The translations under genes and the position numbers were made by a program. This document shows, one piece after another, positions 54,823 through 64,000 of a stretch of 64,000 nucleotides of DNA. Within the stretch, counting starts at the first letter, position 1; every line of letters starts with the position of its first letter. The DNA comes from an uncultured Candidatus Saccharibacteria bacterium. Its GTDB lineage: Bacteria > Patescibacteriota > Saccharimonadia > Saccharimonadales > Saccharimonadaceae. Under the pieces are notes generated by a model. It did no database searches. It worked only from the letters and a program-made list of their open reading frames with translations, and was not told the DNA's origin. The stretch spans positions 9,149-73,148 of the forward strand of contig CAZLAC010000002.1 of the NCBI GenBank assembly GCA_964557405.1. The letters run 5' to 3'.

Positions 54823-56784
54823 ATGCAATCGGAAAAATTACGAAATAAAACTACAATCATCCGTAAAATTGAAATAAAAAAATTTCGCTCATTTGATCAA
54901 GCGATAATTGAAGCCGGGGACCTTAATATCTATTCTGGAAAAAACAATTCTGGCAAATCCAACATTCTGAAGGCGCTTAACTTATTCTTCAATCAAAAGA
55001 ATAATTATGACACCTTGTATAATCATAAAGACGATTTCAACAAGGCATTCGGTGGGGCAGCTGGTGGACGCCGTACCATAGAGATTACTGTCTATTTTTG
55101 GCCATGCGGAAAAGGAGCACTTAGAGATAATTTTTGCGTTAAAAGAGTTTTCTCAGCTGATAACCAAATTTACGAACAATACCTATATTCGGAAAATGCA
55201 AAGACACAAGAAGCAATAAACAAAAATGACGGTAACACAATAAGGCAGTTTACTCGCTTCCTTAATAAAATTGAATACGTTTATATTCCGGCCGTCCGTG
55301 ACAAGAGATTTGTCAAGACTCTACTTCTTAATTTTGAAGCAATTATCCGAAATGATATTGCCGGGGAAGATTTTGACAATAAAATCAGCGAACTATCGAC
55401 CATACTCTCCAGAAAGTCAAATGGGATAAGCAAAGATTTCGAAAAATTCATTGGCCTACCGGCTCATGCCTCTTTATCGTCCAATACACAAGATGTGCTT
55501 GGCGCAATCTCCATAGACATATCCTCTGGAATCCAAATTAAAAATAAAAAAGCTAAAAAGGATGGTGGAGGTAAAATAGTTAACCTACCAATAAATCTCT
55601 TTTCGTCAGGCGATGGTATAGTAATGTCGTACCTAGTCTTTTTCCTCGCATTCTTGACGCGTAAAACAAATAAGCGCTATATTTGGGGGTTCGAAGAACC
55701 TGAAAATTCACTGGAATATTCAAAAGTGCAACAATTAGCACAAGGCTTCTACAGCAATTTTTCTCGCACTGCACAAATATTTGTAACTACACATTCTCCT
55801 GCATTCATCGGGCTAAAAAATCTGCCAGGAGTTGAATTCTACCGAGTTTATATTCCTCCCCAGAGAGAAGAAGATAAGGCGGCCGGGTATCCAGATAGGC
55901 AGGCCTCAAGAATCCAAAAGCTAGAAAAGTTAAAACAGCTTGCGCTCTTTCCGACTGGCGCAGACAATGACATGATAAAAGCCCTAAACGAAGAGCTGCA
56001 TTTGGTAGAACAAGCGAACGAAATACAAAAGGCCGTAGATGCGCTAAACCAAGAAAAGCAAATGTACCTAGAAAATAATAAAAATATTGAAAAACTTAAC
56101 GCCAAAGTCATGGAAATGTGCCCTCCAAAAATATTCATATGCGAAGACAAAAAAGCCATACCGCTATGGGATGCGCTATTTAAAAAATATGGCATCGAAA
56201 ACGTATCAATAATGACCTCTAGTGGAGTACATTCCGACGGAATAGAAAAATGGATAGAACAACAGGCCTGTATAAACAAGGATTTTACCCCGATTGTGTG
56301 GAGAGAAGTGGATCGTGACGGTTTTATGAGTGAGCAACAAGCAGCTATAGAGAAAAAATATAAATCAAGATGCCATAGCAGTAAAAAATACAGATATTCA
56401 ATGCTGCCAGTCAATGAAATTGAAAATTTTCTACTTCTGGCCAATATTGCCTCTGTCACAGATGAAGATTTTAATGGCATAAAAAATGACATAACAGAAG
56501 CTTTTGAAGCAACAGTTTTCGCAAATCTTAACGTATGCAATAAGTATATTCCGGACGAAGAAGATCTCTTCCCGGCTGGTAATGCCAACAAACGAACGGA
56601 GATATTTCAGAAAATGCGGCGAGAAGCCCTAATCGATTGGCGTCGCTATATGCCAGGTAAAGACATATTGCGATTAAAAGGCGGCATCGACGTGCAAAAA
56701 TCTTTCAAGGAGATGACATCCGAGAAAACTCCTGAAGATTTGCAAAATTATCTAAAAAATATTAAGGATTTCTTCAATGAGTAG
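54823..56784 (+). CDS. ABC-type ATPase fused to a TOPRIM-like nuclease domain (OLD/PARIS-like)
   Basis: GKNNSGKS Walker A, SSGDG signature, WGFEEPENSL Walker B/D-loop, TTHSP H-loop; C-terminal ICED, VDRDG, EIENFL acidic motifs. Confidence 0.75.
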   Translation: MQSEKLRNKTTIIRKIEIKKFRSFDQAIIEAGDLNIYSGKNNSGKSNILKALNLFFNQKNNYDTLYNHKDDFNKAFGGAAGGRRTIEITVYFWPCGKGALRDNFCVKRVFSADNQIYEQYLYSENAKTQEAINKNDGNTIRQFTRFLNKIEYVYIPAVRDKRFVKTLLLNFEAIIRNDIAGEDFDNKISELSTILSRKSNGISKDFEKFIGLPAHASLSSNTQDVLGAISIDISSGIQIKNKKAKKDGGGKIVNLPINLFSSGDGIVMSYLVFFLAFLTRKTNKRYIWGFEEPENSLEYSKVQQLAQGFYSNFSRTAQIFVTTHSPAFIGLKNLPGVEFYRVYIPPQREEDKAAGYPDRQASRIQKLEKLKQLALFPTGADNDMIKALNEELHLVEQANEIQKAVDALNQEKQMYLENNKNIEKLNAKVMEMCPPKIFICEDKKAIPLWDALFKKYGIENVSIMTSSGVHSDGIEKWIEQQACINKDFTPIVWREVDRDGFMSEQQAAIEKKYKSRCHSSKKYRYSMLPVNEIENFLLLANIASVTDEDFNGIKNDITEAFEATVFANLNVCNKYIPDEEDLFPAGNANKRTEIFQKMRREALIDWRRYMPGKDILRLKGGIDVQKSFKEMTSEKTPEDLQNYLKNIKDFFNE

Positions 56785-57982
56785 CTATCAGACGATATTA
56801 CTAGGTAAAATAGGCACACTCGAACGCGGAAAGGGGCTACAAAAAAATGACTTTGTCAAAACTGGCATCCCGTGCATTCACTATGGACAAATCTTTACAT
56901 ATTACGATGGTTTTACAGATGAAATCATATCCTATGTTTCTCCTGAGACTGCAAAAAAGTGCACAATAGTCCATAGGGGTGATACGATTTTGACAATAAC
57001 CAGCGAAAACGTACAAGATTTGTGCAAAAGTACAGTATGGCTTGGGAATTATGATATAGTAACCGGCGGTCATTCTGGAATATTTAAACACAATCAAAAC
57101 CCGAAATTCCTAGGATACTACTTTCAATCTGAATATTTTAATCACCAAAAATTTAAACTCGCTAAGGGGACTAAGGTAATCGAGATCAATCCAGATGATA
57201 TCCTTGGGAGAATAAAAATTAGATTGCCAGATTTGGAAACACAACAAAAAATCGTCCAAATTTTAGATGTCCATACAAGTATGATAAAACTGCTGGATTC
57301 ATTAATACTAAAAAACGAAGAGTTATTTAAGGGGTATCGTTCTAAATTGTTACTAACTTATCCTGGAGAAAAGGTACTGTTGGGAGAAGTTACATCAATG
57401 CGCAGTGGAGGAACGCCCGACTCAAAAAATAATAACTACTATGATGGCACAATTCCTTGGGTGTCCATTGCCGATATGACATCTACAAAAGGCTGTTATA
57501 TATATGATACGGCCAAGCATTTATCAGAAGAAGGATTCGATAGTTCATCAGCTATAAAAATCCACCCAAAAGGTAGTATCCTATATGCTATGTATGCTTC
57601 TATTGGCGAGTGCGTCATTGCCGGAAATGATATGACTAGTAGCCAAGCAATTTTGGGTATACAATGTGGGGGTAGGGTGTGTAATAAATATTTATACTAT
57701 TATCTTACAAATGAAAAACAAAAAATTAAAATACTCGGACAACAAGGAACGCAGTCAAATGTAAATGCCAAAATTGTGAAAAGCATTCAGCTACTACTAC
57801 CAAGTATAGAATTACAGAAAGAAATAGTTTATAAATTAGACACGCAAGCGGAAATAATTAACAGATACAGGCAAAAGAAATGCTTATACATAAAACAATA
57901 CCAGTATCTTCTCAACCACCTCATAAACGGTGATTTTGATTTATCTAACATCAAACTTGAAAATGGAAAGGAACAAATATGA
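56777..57982 (+). CDS. hsdS: Type I R-M specificity subunit
   Basis: Two TRDs (GIPCIHYG..; SGGTP..IPWVSIADM..) each followed by LPDLETQQKI / LPSIELQKEI conserved helices. Confidence 0.93.
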   Translation: MSSYQTILLGKIGTLERGKGLQKNDFVKTGIPCIHYGQIFTYYDGFTDEIISYVSPETAKKCTIVHRGDTILTITSENVQDLCKSTVWLGNYDIVTGGHSGIFKHNQNPKFLGYYFQSEYFNHQKFKLAKGTKVIEINPDDILGRIKIRLPDLETQQKIVQILDVHTSMIKLLDSLILKNEELFKGYRSKLLLTYPGEKVLLGEVTSMRSGGTPDSKNNNYYDGTIPWVSIADMTSTKGCYIYDTAKHLSEEGFDSSSAIKIHPKGSILYAMYASIGECVIAGNDMTSSQAILGIQCGGRVCNKYLYYYLTNEKQKIKILGQQGTQSNVNAKIVKSIQLLLPSIELQKEIVYKLDTQAEIINRYRQKKCLYIKQYQYLLNHLINGDFDLSNIKLENGKEQI

Positions 57983-60900
57983 TAGATGCAGATTTTGATG
58001 AAATAAACGAATCGCAATTCCCTGCCGTTGAGTTACTCGTAAAACTCGGGTGGAAATACCTTAGTCGCGAAGAAGCCGACAGGGCTCGAAACAATGATTA
58101 CAGAAAAGTAATACTCGCAAGCATTGCCTGTGACGCGTTGATGCGCATCAACGATTACGATGGGAAAAAGTTTGACGCGCCAGATATCGCTGCGAAAGTA
58201 GATGAATTAGAGAACACTGAGTTTAACGGTTTAATTGATACTTGCAAAGAAATTAGTGGGCGCATCATGCCAAAACTCGGTGGTGGTACCATCAAAGTAT
58301 TTGAAAACGGCGCATATCAAGATCGTTCTATTCGCTATTTTGATTTTGATAATCTAGAAAAAAACGATTATCATGTTACCGTTGAGTATAAAGTTGATGG
58401 CAACGAGAAAAATCTGCGTGCAGATATTGTTTTGTTTATCAATGGTATTCCAATCGCTGAAATTGAAAATAAAAAATCTAGTGAAGGCTATACTAAAGCT
58501 ATCAATCAACTCCATCGATATCAACGTAAAGAATACTCGCCGAAATTCTATACTTTCTTGCAGCTTCTCATCGCTATGGATGGACTAAATGCAGTTTACG
58601 GCACTGCTGGCACTCCAGATGAATTCTTTGTTGGTTGGCGAGAAAAAGATCTAGGACTGGTAAAAACTAAAGCTAGAATCGAAGAGATTCTTTCCGGCAT
58701 ACTCGACAAAAGTATTCTTACGCAAATTAAAACTGATTTAAATGGCTATGTAAAACCAGCCGAACCAAGGGGTTTCCTTCCTCAAGATGAACTAATTTAC
58801 GGCATGCTTAGGAAAGATCGCATTCTTGATGTCCTCCGTAATTTTGTATTTTACGACGGCTTACATAAAAAAGTTGCTCGCTACCAGCAATACTTTGCGG
58901 TTAAAAAAACACTAAGACAAATTGCCACTCTAGATTCCAAAAATCCAAATCGCAGAAAAGGTGGCATCATCTGGCATACGCAAGGCTCTGGAAAATCACT
59001 TACTATGGTTATGCTAGTTCGTGCGCTTATTGAAGATGAAAATATCAAGAGCCCTCGCGTTATTATTGTAACCGACCGTGTTAATCTAGATAAGCAAATT
59101 AAAGATACCTTCGAAAACGGTGGCCTTAAAAAAGAAATTGTCCGAACCGTTAGTGGTGAAGACTTGCTCCGTAGAATTAAAAAGAAAGATGATAATGTTT
59201 TAACTACTATTATTGATAAATTTAATTCCGCCAGTAACCGCAGTAAAGACTTTATTGACGAAGACCCAAACATTTTCGTATTAGTAGATGAAGCTCATCG
59301 CTCACAAAGTGGCGAGGCTAATTTAAAGATGCTTCGAATGATTCCAAACGCTTGCTATATTGCATTTACTGGAACACCACTACTTAAAAAGCAGAAGACC
59401 GAAAACAAATTCGGTGAATTCATCGATAAGTATACCATTGACGATGCTTTGAATGATAAAGTTATTGTGCCGCTAATCTACGAGGGAAGATTTATCCCCT
59501 TAGAACAAGACGAAAATGCCATTAACCGAAAAACAAAAAGACTGCTGTCCGCGTTAAATAATGGGCAGCGTGGAGCCGTTGCAGAAAAAGCAGAAAAAGA
59601 TATTAAACATAGTATAAAAGCCGGTATAGAAGAGATCTGCTATGACATTGCTGAACACTATCAAAAAAATTTTCAAAATACTGGCTTAAAAGCTCAAATT
59701 GTTGCACCGGATAAAAAATCCGCGCTTCTTATGAAAAAATGGTTTGATGCGGATAATAAAATAAAAACAGCTCTTGTTATAAGTGATGAAAATGGTGAGA
59801 TTCCAGCCGATGACGAAGATAAGCTGGAGGTCAAAGCATTTCTAGATGAAATCAAATATAAGCATTCTAGTCTAAAAAGCTACGAGGATACAATTGTCGA
59901 TGATTTTATAGACAATAATGAGGGGACCGAAATGCTCATCGTAGTAGACAAACTCCTTACTGGTTTTGATGCACCAAGAAATACAGTTTTATACTTAGCT
60001 AAACCGTTAAAAGATCATAACTTGCTCCAAGCGATAGCTAGAGTAAATCGTGTATTTAGCAATAAAAACCGAAAAATTGAGAAGACCGCTGGCTTCGTAA
60101 TAGACTATTCATCTAATGCCGCCGCGATTAAAGAAGCGATGGCCCTATTTGGTAATTTTGACCCAGATGATGTCCACGGCACGTTAATCAATGCAGAAGA
60201 AAAGAAGGTCGAAGTAGAAGAAAAATACCAAAAACTTCTGGATATATTTAGTGGCAAAATATTAAAGTCACAACAAGATTATATTGAGGTACTACGAGAT
60301 GAAGCAACTCGTCGTGAATTTATCGATCGACTTAACTCCCTCCTAAATACTTTTGCCGAATACTCATGCTTAAGAGATGTTGACGGCAAATTTATAGATA
60401 GAGTAGCGCTAGACCTCAAAAGATTTGTCGAGATAAAAAGAACGGCTAAATTAGAATATGGCGACGAAATAGATCTTCGTCAATACGAGCGCGAGCTCAC
60501 TAGAATTGCAAACGAACACATTACCGCAAAGCAAGCCGAAGTTTTAATTCAGCCAATTAATATAAATAATTCCGAGGAATTCAAAAAAGCAATCGAAGAA
60601 TTAGAAAACAATAAGTCTAGAGCTGAAGCGATCGCTGCTCAAACTCAACGTCGAATTACTGAAATTTTCAAGGCGCACGGCGACGTAGTTTTGTGGCGGA
60701 AGTTTTCAGAACGCATCCAAGCAGTCATTGATGCTTTACGTGAGGAAAAACTCGCAGATATCGAAGCTTTAAAACAACTTTCGCTTATCTCAGATGAGAT
60801 AAATGCACGCAAAGACGATGAGCTCCCAGAGCTAATTAAAGAACAAAGTGGTGCCGATGTATTATATCGTAATTTGAAAGATGTTGTTCCATCAGAACAA

Positions 60901-61110
60901 TATGACAATCATATTCTTTCATTAACGAAAATCGTCCAGGACAATGCCATTATTGACTGGTGGAAAAGCTACGACCAAAAACGTGTTATCGAAAACTATT
61001 TGGACGACTACATTTATGATAATATGCAAGTATCAGAATCTGCTAATAAAAAGATCCGTGAGAAGGTACTAGAACTCGCCGAAAATAATTATACTCTTTT
61101 CGGAGCGTAG
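57979..61110 (+). CDS. hsdR: Type I R-M restriction subunit
   Basis: RADIVLFINGIPIAEIENK nuclease, WHTQGSGKS, VDEAHRSQ, FTGTP, LLTGFDAP, LLQAIARVNR. Confidence 0.95.
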   Translation: MIDADFDEINESQFPAVELLVKLGWKYLSREEADRARNNDYRKVILASIACDALMRINDYDGKKFDAPDIAAKVDELENTEFNGLIDTCKEISGRIMPKLGGGTIKVFENGAYQDRSIRYFDFDNLEKNDYHVTVEYKVDGNEKNLRADIVLFINGIPIAEIENKKSSEGYTKAINQLHRYQRKEYSPKFYTFLQLLIAMDGLNAVYGTAGTPDEFFVGWREKDLGLVKTKARIEEILSGILDKSILTQIKTDLNGYVKPAEPRGFLPQDELIYGMLRKDRILDVLRNFVFYDGLHKKVARYQQYFAVKKTLRQIATLDSKNPNRRKGGIIWHTQGSGKSLTMVMLVRALIEDENIKSPRVIIVTDRVNLDKQIKDTFENGGLKKEIVRTVSGEDLLRRIKKKDDNVLTTIIDKFNSASNRSKDFIDEDPNIFVLVDEAHRSQSGEANLKMLRMIPNACYIAFTGTPLLKKQKTENKFGEFIDKYTIDDALNDKVIVPLIYEGRFIPLEQDENAINRKTKRLLSALNNGQRGAVAEKAEKDIKHSIKAGIEEICYDIAEHYQKNFQNTGLKAQIVAPDKKSALLMKKWFDADNKIKTALVISDENGEIPADDEDKLEVKAFLDEIKYKHSSLKSYEDTIVDDFIDNNEGTEMLIVVDKLLTGFDAPRNTVLYLAKPLKDHNLLQAIARVNRVFSNKNRKIEKTAGFVIDYSSNAAAIKEAMALFGNFDPDDVHGTLINAEEKKVEVEEKYQKLLDIFSGKILKSQQDYIEVLRDEATRREFIDRLNSLLNTFAEYSCLRDVDGKFIDRVALDLKRFVEIKRTAKLEYGDEIDLRQYERELTRIANEHITAKQAEVLIQPININNSEEFKKAIEELENNKSRAEAIAAQTQRRITEIFKAHGDVVLWRKFSERIQAVIDALREEKLADIEALKQLSLISDEINARKDDELPELIKEQSGADVLYRNLKDVVPSEQYDNHILSLTKIVQDNAIIDWWKSYDQKRVIENYLDDYIYDNMQVSESANKKIREKVLELAENNYTLFGA

Positions 61111-61112
61111 AA

Positions 61113-61817
61113 ATGGAACAAAGAAAATTTAGGTATGGCAAGCATACTTATGAATATGTTTTGGAGCGCTCCAATAGGAAAACTTTTAGTTTAGTTGTAT
61201 TTCCGAATATGAAGGTATCTTTGCGAGTGCCATTAGACACGCCCGATTCAGACATAGATAGTTTTTTGGTAAAAAAATGGACATGGCTAGAGAGGCAGCT
61301 AAATGAGCTCGGTCGCTATAAAAGGAACCATGCTGCTAAGAGTTATGTTTCTGGTGAAAGCTTCTATTATCTGGGTAGACAATATATGTTAAAAGTTGAA
61401 AAAGGGTCCGTGGAAGGGATCAGCATATCGCCTGGAATTATTTCATTAAAAACACGCATGGGGTTAAGAAACTCCGAGCACAATAAAACGATCTATGAAA
61501 AATGGTATTTAGAAAGATGCGAATCGGTATTTAAAAGAGCATTGGTTTCCGCAATTAGTGATTATAATATTAAAATAGTCCCAAAGCTCAAAATCCGCGA
61601 GATGAGAAGCCGTTGGGGGAGTTATCAAAAAAATAATACGATCAATTTAAATCCGAAACTTCTGCAGGCTTCAAGGGCTGCTATTCGTTATGTAATAACA
61701 CATGAATTATGTCATATAGACCGTAAAAATCACGACCAGAAATTCTACTCTCTTTTAGAATCTCGTATCCCCGAATGGAAAAAGATAAAAGACGAGCTGG
61801 AGCTAAAAATTGGTTGA
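61113..61817 (+). CDS. YgjP/DUF45 (M48-like) metal-dependent hydrolase
   Basis: SGESFYYLG, MRSRWGS, YVITHELCH, NHDQKF; a common companion downstream of hsdR. Confidence 0.88.
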   Translation: MEQRKFRYGKHTYEYVLERSNRKTFSLVVFPNMKVSLRVPLDTPDSDIDSFLVKKWTWLERQLNELGRYKRNHAAKSYVSGESFYYLGRQYMLKVEKGSVEGISISPGIISLKTRMGLRNSEHNKTIYEKWYLERCESVFKRALVSAISDYNIKIVPKLKIREMRSRWGSYQKNNTINLNPKLLQASRAAIRYVITHELCHIDRKNHDQKFYSLLESRIPEWKKIKDELELKIG

Positions 61818-62040
61818 ATTAAACTCCAAGTATCTTTCACGAAGACGTAAATTAATATACTGAAGAATTAGGGACTTCGTTCGGTTAGTCGGTTGTCTAA
61901 ATAATGCTTCACTCGGGGATTTGCTTCATGATACCGCAATTTGAAAAGACATTAACATCACTGTCTTTCACGCTCATTATTGTGGATATAGCGCAGGCAT
62001 TCCGTAAAAACGCGAGGTAATGTGACGGGGTTGCTTTGCT

Positions 62041-62883
62041 TTATATACTAAGTTGAGCTTCTACACTTTTTAAGCCTTTCTTAAATTTATTTTCACTCAT
62101 AATTTCCCTTATCTCAAAGAACTGATGGTAGACATACGGATACTCTCTGTTGTCTATTCCTTTATGCTTGCTTCTACTATCCAACAGCGCACACCCCTTA
62201 CACCTAGTAACAACACCTGTGGTACTTATCAAATCCATCTCAATCTCCACTCGGCAGTACCGATAATCGTTAAACATTTCCTCTTTAACGGGTACGGCAA
62301 TCATATATATCCCCTCGACAATGCCTTCGTGCAAATACGTAAACTGTAGCGCGTTCCTCTTTTCTTCTTTGCGCATAGAAATCCGTCTCGGCTTACCATC
62401 CTCTTTATACTTGTTAGTCAAAGGTACAAAAGCAATATTTCTAGTGTACGCCTCTTTTAACGGGACATTCCTGGTGTCAAAAAATTTAAATATGAACTTC
62501 TTATTGCCATTATCATTGTCTACTCTTTGCAAATCACAGAACTTAATCATTGGGTAATTATTATTAATGGCAGATGCTTCAAATTGATCCCGGTTTATTT
62601 TTGCTAGTTGTTTGTTCATTTCCTCGGCTCTTTTGTTCTGAACTACCGCAACGGAACCCAACACGATAGATGCGAATGCCGACAAGAACATGCTGAAATT
62701 TGCCGCCCAATCAAATCTTAGGTGCAAATTGAAGAGTTCCGCCCAATCAAGCCAGTCGCCTACGAAAAATAAACATATCAACAGCACGAAAAATATCATG
62801 AGAAAAAGCGTATTCTTAAGTACGTCTTTTTCCCAAGCCCCATTGTCTTTTCTTCTTTTGTTTGTGCCAGTCTTCTTCATCAA
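62041..62883 (-). CDS. Hypothetical membrane protein (2 TM + soluble domain)
   Basis: ORF with GGAG SD and two hydrophobic helices. Confidence 0.7.
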   Translation of the reverse strand: MMKKTGTNKRRKDNGAWEKDVLKNTLFLMIFFVLLICLFFVGDWLDWAELFNLHLRFDWAANFSMFLSAFASIVLGSVAVVQNKRAEEMNKQLAKINRDQFEASAINNNYPMIKFCDLQRVDNDNGNKKFIFKFFDTRNVPLKEAYTRNIAFVPLTNKYKEDGKPRRISMRKEEKRNALQFTYLHEGIVEGIYMIAVPVKEEMFNDYRYCRVEIEMDLISTTGVVTRCKGCALLDSRSKHKGIDNREYPYVYHQFFEIREIMSENKFKKGLKSVEAQLSI

Positions 62884-62969
62884 GTTCTCCTATAAATAGA
62901 TAAGGTATTTTGTTATGTTTGACTTGCCTCCTGACAGTCTTATAGAGCCGCGAGGTAGCGTCTACTGGA

Positions 62970-63452
62970 TTAAGTTTGACCGTCACAGACGCCACGTTTA
63001 CTCGCTATAAAACTCTCTTTTACTCTTTCCCAGTTATACTCTTCAACATCACCGTTTTTCCTCACGAAGAAGATATATAGGTTCAAGTTCTTACACAGGT
63101 TCCAATGCAGTCTTTGGCTTCTCAAGAACTTTTTAAACTCGTCTGGATAAGCTACGCCGTATTTATTTGAACCGGCAGTTGCTTTCGGTGGGACGACAGA
63201 TTGGATTCGCGTCAAGATTTGGCCTAGACCGAAAACAAAATTGTTTGTGTTTACGGACTTTGCATTCTTAGAGCTAGACCCGCCCTTCACTTCAACTAGC
63301 CAATATCTTGAATATTTTTCATTTCTAGCTTTTATGTCAACCCCGTGTCCATGGAGCTCACTATTCTTTTGGATACTGTAACCCTTAGATATTAAATGTT
63401 CCGCAACTCTATCTTGGATGAAAATTTCGTATGGATATTTATTTCTTGCCAT
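62970..63452 (-). CDS. Putative PD-(D/E)XK restriction-endonuclease-fold protein
   Basis: E..IQ..V...L...GY, GVDIKA, LVEVKG, GLGQIL; TAATG-coupled to the flavodoxin gene. Confidence 0.65.
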   Translation of the reverse strand: MARNKYPYEIFIQDRVAEHLISKGYSIQKNSELHGHGVDIKARNEKYSRYWLVEVKGGSSSKNAKSVNTNNFVFGLGQILTRIQSVVPPKATAGSNKYGVAYPDEFKKFLRSQRLHWNLCKNLNLYIFFVRKNGDVEEYNWERVKESFIASKRGVCDGQT

Positions 63453-63988
63453 TATTTTACCTCCTCTAGTAGTCCTAGTGTAGCCAGCCATTCGTCCAAC
63501 TGTTTAATTCCGTCGTCTGTCCGTGCGACGGAGCCAGGCAGGTTGAACCCGTTGCCCCTGAGCGTAGCGCCGGACAATTTGTCTTTGAGCGCATCGTAAG
63601 TTCCGGCATTGCCAGAGCCTTCGTGCGTATTAAATGGGATCACGGTTTTCCCATTCCAGTCGTGGTTTTCAATGAACGTATAGACTGCCATTGGCAAATC
63701 ACCCCACCAAATTGGGGAGCCAAGGAAAATCGTGTCGTAGTCCGCCAAATCAACATCGCCAACATACTCCGGGCGAGCCTGCTCGTTGCGCTCCTGAGTC
63801 GCCTGGTCCACGGTCATCTGATAGTCGGCCGGGTATGCAACCGCCGGAACAATTTTGAACTCGTCCGCGCCGGTTTTTGCGATAATTTCCTTAGCCAGAA
63901 GTTCGGTATTGCCAACCTCCACATTCCCGACGCTATAATTCTCATCCGCCCTTGAGAAATAAACTACGATTTTATTGTTGTTTGCCAT
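63452..63988 (-). CDS. Flavodoxin (Flavodoxin_4 type)
   Basis: VVYFSRADENY, GNTE, GSPIWWG, PFNTHEGSG; GGAGG SD. Confidence 0.9.
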   Translation of the reverse strand: MANNNKIVVYFSRADENYSVGNVEVGNTELLAKEIIAKTGADEFKIVPAVAYPADYQMTVDQATQERNEQARPEYVGDVDLADYDTIFLGSPIWWGDLPMAVYTFIENHDWNGKTVIPFNTHEGSGNAGTYDALKDKLSGATLRGNGFNLPGSVARTDDGIKQLDEWLATLGLLEEVK

Positions 63989-64000
63989 ATTTCCTCCTAG

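Noticed and set aside
55848-56591. 247-aa minus-strand ORF
   Set aside because: Ser/Phe-rich antisense shadow of the ATPase-TOPRIM gene.
62011-62957. CGCGAGGTA repeated just downstream of two minus-strand genes (62011-62019, 62949-62957), considered as integron attC sites
   Set aside because: Only 9 bp, no RYYYAAC/GTTRRRY boxes or palindromic attC structure, and no integrase seen.
1-64000. CRISPR array, IS transposase, integrase, prophage or rRNA
   Set aside because: No regularly spaced repeats, recombinase/transposase motifs, phage structural genes or rRNA-like sequence were recognised by eye.

Overview
Chromosomal window from a small-genome bacterium using the standard code, most consistent with Candidatus Saccharibacteria (TM7/Patescibacteria) from an anaerobic host-associated habitat. 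This is an inference from very dense gene packing, absence of biosynthetic operons, XRE-MurA and RNase HII-YraN fusions, a membrane-anchored Clp-like ATPase, type IV pilus genes, rubrerythrin and flavodoxin. Housekeeping genes: uvrA (partial), sbcB, pheST, metG, rsmA, pcrA, murA, yebC, ruvABC, radA, clpCP, uppP, ychF, rnhB, rplS, queH and four tRNAs. Defence cargo: a GmrSD-like (DUF262+DUF1524) gene with an unknown partner, and a type I R-M operon with an extra half-HsdS and an ABC-ATPase/TOPRIM gene inserted between hsdM and hsdS. The most striking observations read from the DNA are: (1) a 1.19-kb ruvA-rubrerythrin segment bounded by perfect 14-bp inverted repeats that are themselves the -10 promoter plus start codon of the flanking genes, with codon bias showing the segment is flipped; (2) an NrdR-box-regulated 149-aa 'mini-NrdD' (probable degenerate ATP-cone fused directly to the glycyl-radical finger); (3) the R-M-embedded ATPase-TOPRIM candidate guard nuclease; (4) pervasive leaderless transcription; (5) several unannotated small ORFs and structured RNAs. 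All family assignments are from motif recognition by eye; no database search was run.
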